Below, in pieces: positions 58,206-64,000 of a DNA stretch of 64,000 nt. Under the pieces are notes generated by a model. That model saw nothing but the letters and a program-made list of their open reading frames with translations. It ran no database searches and was not told the origin of the DNA. The translations under genes and the position numbers were made by a program. The DNA comes from an uncultured Clostridia bacterium (GTDB taxonomy: Bacteria; Acidobacteriota; Aminicenantia; UBA2199). Positions within the stretch are counted from its first letter, which is position 1. Every line of letters begins with the position of its first letter. The stretch spans positions 41,349 through 105,348 of the forward strand of contig CAYZNT010000009.1 of assembly GCA_964479735.1 (NCBI GenBank). Direction: 5' to 3'.

Positions 58206-58865
58206 TCAGGCCTCTTCCGTGTGGCGCACGATCTCGCCCTCGATCATGTAGAGAACGTCCTCGGCGATGTTGGTGGCGTGGTCGGCGATGCGCTCGAGGT
58301 AGCGGAAGACGCGCATGTATTCGATGAGGATGTCGACCTGGTCGGGATGCTCCCGGATGCCGCTTTTGACGGCCTCGAAGCGGGCGTGGGCGAGCTCGTC
58401 GATCTCGTCGTCGGCCTGGCGCACCGCGTGGGCGCGGGCGGCGTCCAGGTTGACCAGGGCGTCGAGGCTCCCCTTGAGCATGCGCTGCACGCGCTCGGCC
58501 AGGGGGGCGAGGTCGATGGGGCTGGCGGGGGGGGGATAGGAGCGGATGCGCAGGGCGCGGCCGGCGATGTTGACCGCCTCGTCGCCGATGCGCTCCAGGT
58601 CGCCGTTGATCTTGAGCACGGCGACGATGAAGCGCAGGTCGATGGCCACCGGCTGGTGCAGGGCCAGCACCTTGAGGCACTCCTCCTCCACGTCCACCTC
58701 GGCCTGGTCGATGTCGCTGTCTCCCAGGCGCACGCGCTGGGCCAGCTCGCCGTCGCGCGTCTCGATGGCCCGCACGGAGTCGGCCACGCGGTGCTCGACC
58801 ATGCCGGCCAGCAGCACGATCTGCTTTTTCAACTTGTCGATTTCGCGGTGCAGGTGCAGGACCAT
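58206..58865 (-). CDS. phoU: PhoU (copy 2), about 85% identical in protein to copy 1 and in inverted orientation
   Basis: MVLHLHREIDKLKKQIVLLAGMVE..., 219 aa. GAGGAGG RBS is present. Confidence 0.9.
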   Translation of the reverse strand: MVLHLHREIDKLKKQIVLLAGMVEHRVADSVRAIETRDGELAQRVRLGDSDIDQAEVDVEEECLKVLALHQPVAIDLRFIVAVLKINGDLERIGDEAVNIAGRALRIRSYPPPASPIDLAPLAERVQRMLKGSLDALVNLDAARAHAVRQADDEIDELAHARFEAVKSGIREHPDQVDILIEYMRVFRYLERIADHATNIAEDVLYMIEGEIVRHTEEA

Positions 58866-58876
58866 GGGGGGCCTCC

Positions 58877-59635
58877 TCAGCCGAAGCGGCCGCTGATGTA
58901 GTTTTCGGTCAGTTGCTGCCGGGGGTGGGTGAAGATCTCGCCCGTCTCCCCGAACTCGACCAGCCGGCCCAGGTACATGAACCCGGTGTGGTCGGACGCG
59001 CGCGCCGCCTGCTGCATGTTGTGGGTGACGATGACGATGGTGTATTCCCTCTTGAGCTCCTGCATCAGCTCCTCGATGTGGGCCGTGGCGATCGGGTCCA
59101 GGGTGGAGCAGGGCTCGTCCAGGAGCAGGATCCGGGGCTTCAGCGGAAGCAGCCGGGCGATGCACAGCCGCTGCTGCTGCTCCAGCGACAGCTTGAGCGC
59201 CGACTCGCGCAGCCGGTCCTTCAGGTCGTCCCACAGCAGCACGCCGCGCAGCGAGCGTTCGACGATCTCGTCGTATTCCCGGCGCGCGGCCAGCTGGTGG
59301 ATCTCCAGCCCGAAGATGATGTTGTCCTGCACCGACAGCGGGAAGGGGTTGGGGCGCTGGAAGACCATGCCCACCCGCTCGCGGAGCTCCAGCAGGTCGG
59401 TGTCCGGGGCCAGGATGTCCACTCCGTCCATGAGCACGCGGCCGCTCGTGCGCACCCCGTCGATCAGGTCGTTCATGCGGTTGAAGACCCGGAGCAGCGT
59501 GCTCTTGCCGCAGCCGCTGGGGCCGATCAGCGCCGTCACCCGGCGGGTGGGAATGCGCAGCTCGACGTCGATGAGGGCCTGGAAATTCCCGTAGAACAGG
59601 TTGAGCGCCTGGGTTTCGATGGCGATGTCGTCCAT
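58877..59635 (-). CDS. pstB: PstB paralog 2a: intact Walker A/B, Q- and H-loops, but degenerate ABC signature (LSLEQ instead of LSGGQ)
   Basis: [46 protein letters not shown]. Confidence 0.88.
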   Translation of the reverse strand: MDDIAIETQALNLFYGNFQALIDVELRIPTRRVTALIGPSGCGKSTLLRVFNRMNDLIDGVRTSGRVLMDGVDILAPDTDLLELRERVGMVFQRPNPFPLSVQDNIIFGLEIHQLAARREYDEIVERSLRGVLLWDDLKDRLRESALKLSLEQQQRLCIARLLPLKPRILLLDEPCSTLDPIATAHIEELMQELKREYTIVIVTHNMQQAARASDHTGFMYLGRLVEFGETGEIFTHPRQQLTENYISGRFG

Positions 59636-59636
59636 G

Positions 59637-60404
59637 TCAGCCGAACTTCCCGGTGATGTAGTCGGAGGTGCGCGGGTCGCGGGGGGCGGTGAACATTTTC
59701 CCCGTCTGGTCCACCTCCACCATTTCGCCCATCAGGAAAAACGCCGTGCGGTCGCCGGTGCGCGCGGCCTGGGCCACGTGGTTGGTCACCAGCACGATGG
59801 TGTAGCGCCGCTTCAGCTCCAGCAGCGTCTCCTCGATGCGAGCCGTCGAGATCGGGTCGAGACCGGAGGTGGGCTCGTCGAACAGCAGCACCTCGGGTTC
59901 GCCGGCCAGGATGCGCGCCATGCACAACCGCTGCTGCTGGCCGCCGGAGAGGTTCATCGCCGGCGTGTGCAGGCGGTCCTTCACCTCCTCCCACAGGAAG
60001 GCGTCGCGCAGGGAGCGCTCCACCGCCTCGTCCAGCCGGCGGCGGTCGCGGACTCCCTGCATGCGCAGCCCGTAGACGATGTTCTCGAAGATGGAGATGG
60101 GCAGCGGAAAGGGGAGGGCGAAGACGATGCCGACGCGGCGCCGCAGCGCTTCGACCTCCAGGCTGCGGATGTCGGCTCCGTCCAGCTCGATGCGTCCTTC
60201 CTGGCGAAACGCGGGGTGCAGATCGTTGAGCCGGTTGAGGGCGTTCAGGAAGGAGGACTTGCCGGAGTTGGCCGGGCCGATGACGGTGAAGACCTCGTTG
60301 GCGCGGATCTCCAGCTCCAGGCCGCGCAGGGCGATGGTGTCGCCGAAGCGCAGCGTCAGGCCGCGGACGGCGATTTTGGGGGGGGTGGGGGGGCCGGCTA
60401 CCAT
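59637..60404 (-). CDS. PstB paralog 2b: intact signature LSGGQQQRL and Walker B, but Q-loop Gln replaced (VFALP) and H-loop shifted (VTNHV)
   Basis: [46 protein letters not shown]. Confidence 0.85.
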   Translation of the reverse strand: MVAGPPTPPKIAVRGLTLRFGDTIALRGLELEIRANEVFTVIGPANSGKSSFLNALNRLNDLHPAFRQEGRIELDGADIRSLEVEALRRRVGIVFALPFPLPISIFENIVYGLRMQGVRDRRRLDEAVERSLRDAFLWEEVKDRLHTPAMNLSGGQQQRLCMARILAGEPEVLLFDEPTSGLDPISTARIEETLLELKRRYTIVLVTNHVAQAARTGDRTAFFLMGEMVEVDQTGKMFTAPRDPRTSDYITGKFG

Positions 60405-61243
60405 TTTTTTCTCCGCCGGAAGCGGGAGCGCACGAGGATGGCGGCCAGGTTCAGCAGCAGCACCAGCGCCAGCAGGACCAGCGCCGTTCCGTAGCGGACG
60501 TCTTCGGCAATGCCGGGCACCTGGGTGGAGATGACGTAGAGATGGTAGGGCAGGGCCATCGTCTGGTCGAAGAGGGTTTGCGGCAGGCGCGGCAGGTAGA
60601 AGGCGGCGACGGTGAACAGGATCGGCGCGGTCTCCCCGGCGGCGCGGCCGAGGCCCAGGATGGTGCCGGTCAGGATCCCCGGCAGGGCGTGCGGCAGCAC
60701 CGAGTGGCGGACGGTCTGCCAGCGGCTGGCGCCCAGCGACAGCGAGACGAGCCGGAACGACTGCGGCACGCTCTCCAGCGCCTCGCGCGTCGAGGTGATG
60801 ATCACCGGCAGGATCATGATGCCCAGGGTCAGCGAGCCGGCCAGGATCGACGCCCCGAAGCCGAAGAAGGTGACGAAGATGCCCAGGCCGAAGAGGCCGT
60901 ATACCACCGAGGGCACGCCGGCCAGGTTGACGATGGCCAGTTTCACCAGCCGGGACAACGCCGAGTCGCGGGAGTACTCCACCAGGTAGATGGCGGCCAG
61001 CACCCCGATCGGCACGGCGAAGAGCACCGCCCCGCTCACCAGGTAGAGCGTACCCAGGATGGCCGGAAGGATGCCGCCGGCGGTCATGCCGGCGCGGGGC
61101 ATGGTGAAGAGGAAGGACAAGCTGATGGCGCTGGCGCCCTTGGCCACGATGATGCCCAGGATGACCAGCACCGGCAGCACCACCAGCAGGGTGGCCAGGA
61201 AGAGGATGGAGAAGGCGATGGCCTGGGTCGTGCGCGGGCTCAT
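60398..61243 (-). CDS. pstA: Phosphate ABC transporter permease PstA (copy 2, canonical length)
   Basis: About 281 aa, [40 protein letters not shown]. Confidence 0.88.
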   Translation of the reverse strand: MSPRTTQAIAFSILFLATLLVVLPVLVILGIIVAKGASAISLSFLFTMPRAGMTAGGILPAILGTLYLVSGAVLFAVPIGVLAAIYLVEYSRDSALSRLVKLAIVNLAGVPSVVYGLFGLGIFVTFFGFGASILAGSLTLGIMILPVIITSTREALESVPQSFRLVSLSLGASRWQTVRHSVLPHALPGILTGTILGLGRAAGETAPILFTVAAFYLPRLPQTLFDQTMALPYHLYVISTQVPGIAEDVRYGTALVLLALVLLLNLAAILVRSRFRRRKKW

Positions 61244-61245
61244 GG

Positions 61246-62124
61246 TCACCTGCGGGAGCGGTGCAGGTAGAGGTCGGCCACGCCGTTGACCAGGAAAGTG
61301 ATGACGAACAGCACGATGCCGATGGCGAACAGGGCGGCGTAGTGGGGGCCGCCCTGCACCGACTCGCCCATCTCGGCGGCGATGGTGGCGGTCAGGGTGC
61401 GCACCGGCTGCAGGATGCTGCGCGGCATCAGGGCGGCATTGCCGGTGACCATCATCACCGCCATGGTCTCGCCGATCACCCGGCCGATGCCCAGCATCAC
61501 CGCCGCCACCATGCCGGGGCGGGCGGCGCGGGCCACAATGCGCCAGGTGGTCTGCCACCGGGTGGCGCCCATGGCCACGGCGGCCTCGCGGTACTGGCGG
61601 GGGACGGCGGTGATGGCGTCCTCGGCGATGGAGACGATGGTCGGCATGGCCATGAAGGCCAGGGTGATCGAGCCGGTGAGGGCGGTGAGGCCGGTGGGCA
61701 GCTGGAAGAGTTCCCGGATCCACGGCCCCAGGGTGATCATGCCGATGAAGCCGATGACCACGGAGGGGATCGCCGCCAGCAGCTCGATGCCCGCCTTGAG
61801 CGTCTCCTTGAGCCTCGGCGGGGCGATCTCGGCGATGAACAGGGCGGCGGCGATGCCGATGGGAACCGACAGGGCGGCCGCCCCCAGGGTGACCAGCAGC
61901 GAGCCGACGATGAGCGGCAGGATGCCGAACCGGGGCGGGTGGGAAATGGGATACCAGCTGGTGCCGAAGAGGAAGTCACCCACCCCCTCGTGGCCGAAGA
62001 GGGCCAGCCCCTCGCGCAACAGGAAGAGGAAGATGAGCAGCACGAAGACGATGGAGAAGACGCCGGAGAGGAGAATGGCCTTCTCGACCAGCCACTCCCT
62101 CGGTTTGCGCGGCAGCAGCCCCAT
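61246..62124 (-). CDS. pstC: Phosphate ABC transporter permease PstC (copy 2)
   Basis: 292 aa, AMGATRWQTTWRIVARAARPG. Confidence 0.88.
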   Translation of the reverse strand: MGLLPRKPREWLVEKAILLSGVFSIVFVLLIFLFLLREGLALFGHEGVGDFLFGTSWYPISHPPRFGILPLIVGSLLVTLGAAALSVPIGIAAALFIAEIAPPRLKETLKAGIELLAAIPSVVIGFIGMITLGPWIRELFQLPTGLTALTGSITLAFMAMPTIVSIAEDAITAVPRQYREAAVAMGATRWQTTWRIVARAARPGMVAAVMLGIGRVIGETMAVMMVTGNAALMPRSILQPVRTLTATIAAEMGESVQGGPHYAALFAIGIVLFVITFLVNGVADLYLHRSRR

Positions 62125-62137
62125 CGCTCCGCGGCCC

Positions 62138-63010
62138 CTACCGGCGCACGGGCACGAAATCGAGCTCGCCCACCAGCTTCTGCCCCTCGGGGGAGAGGAC
62201 GAAATCGAGGAACTGCGCCGTCAGGCCGTGAGGCTGGCCCTTGGATACCATCAGCAGCGGCCGGGAGATCGGGTAGCTCTTGTTGATGACGTTTTCCAGG
62301 GTGGGGGCGACGTGGGGCGCGCCGGGCTCCAGGGAGACGTGCAGGGCTTTTTGCCGGGGGCTGATGTACCCCATTCCGTAGTAGCCGATCGCCCCGGGGT
62401 TTTGCGCCACCTCGTCGGCGATGGCCTGGGAACTGGGCAGCATCAGGGCGCCGGGAGCGAACTCCTCCTTGCCGTCGGCCCGGCCATGGCGCAGCACGTG
62501 CTCCTTGAAATAGAGGTGGGTGCCGGAGTTGACCTCGCGCGACAAGACCACGATCTGCCGGTCGGCGCCGCCGACGTCCTTCCAGTTGGTGATGGCGCCG
62601 GAGAAGATCTGCGCCAGCTGGCCCATGGTCAGCTCCGACACGGGGTTGGCGGGGTGGACCACCACGGCCAGGCCGTCGAGCGCCACCTCCAGCTGCTTCG
62701 GCTCGATGCCGTTCTTGCGGGCCATGGCGATCTCGTCGGGCTTCATGTCGCGGGACAATTCGGCGATGTCGCAGGACCCGGCGATGAGGGAGGCAATGCC
62801 GGTGCCCGAGCCGCCGCCGGTGACGGCCACCGACAGGTCGGGGTGCTTCTGCATGAAGGCCTCGGCCCACGCCTGGCCCAGGTTGACCATGGTGTCCGAG
62901 CCCTTGATCTGGATCGAGGTGGCGACGTCTCCCCGGCGGCCGCAGCCGGCGGCGGCCAGGGAGGCGGTGGCGAGAAGCACCGCCAGGGTGAACCGTCCGT
63001 TCCTTTTCAT
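62138..63010 (-). CDS. pstS: Phosphate-binding protein PstS (copy 2, lipoprotein form)
   Basis: Lipobox LAAAGCG, IKGSDTMVNLGQAWAE, SREVNSGTH, about 290 aa. Confidence 0.88.
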   Translation of the reverse strand: MKRNGRFTLAVLLATASLAAAGCGRRGDVATSIQIKGSDTMVNLGQAWAEAFMQKHPDLSVAVTGGGSGTGIASLIAGSCDIAELSRDMKPDEIAMARKNGIEPKQLEVALDGLAVVVHPANPVSELTMGQLAQIFSGAITNWKDVGGADRQIVVLSREVNSGTHLYFKEHVLRHGRADGKEEFAPGALMLPSSQAIADEVAQNPGAIGYYGMGYISPRQKALHVSLEPGAPHVAPTLENVINKSYPISRPLLMVSKGQPHGLTAQFLDFVLSPEGQKLVGELDFVPVRR

Positions 63011-63054
63011 GCGCAGGCTCCTTGTTCGGGAAATTCTGGAAGTCAATCTGGAAT

Positions 63055-63114
63055 GTTAACATGTTATTAAAAAAGGGTTAAGGGGGGGTTAAGGCCCGGT
63101 TAAGAAACGGTTAA
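63055..63114 (+). promoter_or_regulatory. Array of six (G/A)TTAA direct repeats at exact 11-bp phasing (63055, 63066, 63077, 63088, 63099, 63110): candidate triple Pho box in the pstS2 / DUF47-pit divergent intergenic region
   Basis: GTTAAcatgttATTAAaaaaggGTTAAggggggGTTAAggcccgGTTAAgaaacgGTTAAt. The array ends 9 bp before the -35. Confidence 0.55.
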
Positions 63115-63122
63115 TTTCCGGG

Positions 63123-63151
63123 TTGACCCGGGAAGGGCTTTCTGGTAAGAT
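63123..63151 (+). promoter_or_regulatory. Sigma70-like promoter (TTGACC, 17 bp spacer, TAAGAT) for DUF47-pit
   Basis: TTGACC at 63123-63128 and TAAGAT at 63146-63151. AGGAGG RBS lies before the ATG at 63200. Confidence 0.5.
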
Positions 63152-63199
63152 CGCACTTCCACTCTTCATCCGCCTCGGGAATCCGGCCAGGAGGACTCC

Positions 63200-63844
63200 A
63201 TGTTCAAATTCCTGTTGCCCAAAGAAGAGCAGTTCTTCGAGTTGTTCGACAGGATGGGCGCCAACCTCGTCGAAGGCGTGCAACTGCTCAACCAGATGCT
63301 CGACCCCGGCGCGCCCGCCTGCACGCCCCAGGGCCGAAGCGAGCTGGCCCTGCGGGTGAAGACGATCGAGCACCAGACCGACGGCGTGGCCCACCAGATC
63401 ATCTCCCGGCTGCACAAGACCTTCGTCACCCCCATCGACCGCGAGGACATCTTCCACCTGGTCGGCCGGCTCGACGACGTGCTCGACCTGACCGAGGGCG
63501 CCGCCTCGCGCATCGAGCTCTACCAGCCCAAGGAAGTGCCGCACGAATCGGTGGAGCTGGGCAAGGTGCTGCTGGAGAGCGCCCGCCTGGTGCAGGACAT
63601 GGTCCACCTGCTGAGCGACATGAAGAAATCGGCCCGCATCCTGGAACTGGCGGTGGAGATCAACCGCCTGGAGCACGAGGCCGACCTGCTTCGCCGCGGC
63701 ACCCTGGCGCGGCTTTTCCGGGAGGAAAAGGACGTATTCGAGCTGATCAAGTGGAAGGACATCCAGGAATACATGGAAAAGGCCACCGACCGGTGCGAGG
63801 ACGTGGCCAACATCACCGAGGGCATCGTGCTGGAAAACACCTGA
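63200..63844 (+). CDS. DUF47 family protein (PhoU-like regulator typically paired with Pit; TIGR00153-like)
   Basis: 214 aa helical protein immediately upstream of pit. Confidence 0.8.
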   Translation: MFKFLLPKEEQFFELFDRMGANLVEGVQLLNQMLDPGAPACTPQGRSELALRVKTIEHQTDGVAHQIISRLHKTFVTPIDREDIFHLVGRLDDVLDLTEGAASRIELYQPKEVPHESVELGKVLLESARLVQDMVHLLSDMKKSARILELAVEINRLEHEADLLRRGTLARLFREEKDVFELIKWKDIQEYMEKATDRCEDVANITEGIVLENT

Positions 63845-63854
63845 CGGGGCCGGC

Positions 63855-64000
63855 ATGCTGCTCGTCATTTTCATCATCTTCGTGGCCCTGGCCTTCGACT
63901 TCACCAACGGCATGCACGACGCGGCCAATTCCATCGCCACCATCGTCTCCACCCGGGTGCTGACGCCGCGCCGGGCGGTCATCTGGGCCGCCTTCTTCAA
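63855..64000 (+). CDS. pit: Inorganic phosphate transporter PitA / PHO4 family (partial, N-terminus only)
   Basis: MLLVIFIIFVALAFDFTNGMHDAANSIATIVSTRVL carries the conserved FDFTNG.HD.AN.IAT motif. It runs off the window end. Confidence 0.85.
   Translation, partial: MLLVIFIIFVALAFDFTNGMHDAANSIATIVSTRVLTPRRAVIWAAFF

Noticed and set aside
63055-63114. CRISPR array or restriction-site cluster as explanation for the GTTAA repeats
   Set aside because: The units are 5 bp with 6-bp spacers, which is far too short for CRISPR. The strict 11-bp phasing next to a -35 in an intergenic promoter region fits response-regulator binding better.

Overview
This is a high-GC (about 68-70%) bacterial chromosomal segment. 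The gene order (infB-nusA on the minus strand, then thrS-infC-rpmI-rplT-pheS-pheT-zapB-zapA-rny-ymdB-xseA-xseB-ispA-dxs-polA on the plus strand) is typical of Desulfobacterota/Geobacter-like lineages; that assignment is tentative. The left third (1-21 kb) is conserved translation and housekeeping core, with one tRNA-Val. The middle (21-47 kb) is accessory-like. It holds a TonB-dependent receptor, a YfiR-like DUF4154 protein and a periplasmic-sensing histidine kinase, followed by a tandem array of PAS-rich hybrid kinases carrying an internal about 1.5 kb module duplication. Then come a small operon (hypothetical-dcd-glycerate kinase-SPL-like radical SAM), a secreted HEXXH protein, and a corrinoid-binding protein plus MtaA-like methyltransferase pair. 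Directly after that pair sit two paralogous sensor proteins that end in the same Cys4 motif instead of any recognisable output domain. I rate these two sensors the most novel item in the window. The right third (49-64 kb) is a phosphate-acquisition supercluster. It contains an OprP-like porin with pstSCAB-phoU and two glycosyltransferases (GT21/Pgt-like and MGDG-synthase-like) flanked by inverted phoU paralogs. It also contains a second, convergent pstS-C-A-B-B'-phoU in which the two PstB paralogs carry complementary degenerate motifs, implying an asymmetric heterodimer, followed by DUF47 and Pit. Three promoter regions in this cluster carry 11-bp-phased (G/A)TTAA(C) direct repeats, which are candidate Pho boxes. 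Two of these promoters appear leaderless. I found no transposases, integrases or CRISPR arrays. Several very long ORFs in the supplied track are antisense or off-frame shadows of real genes, as expected at this GC content.
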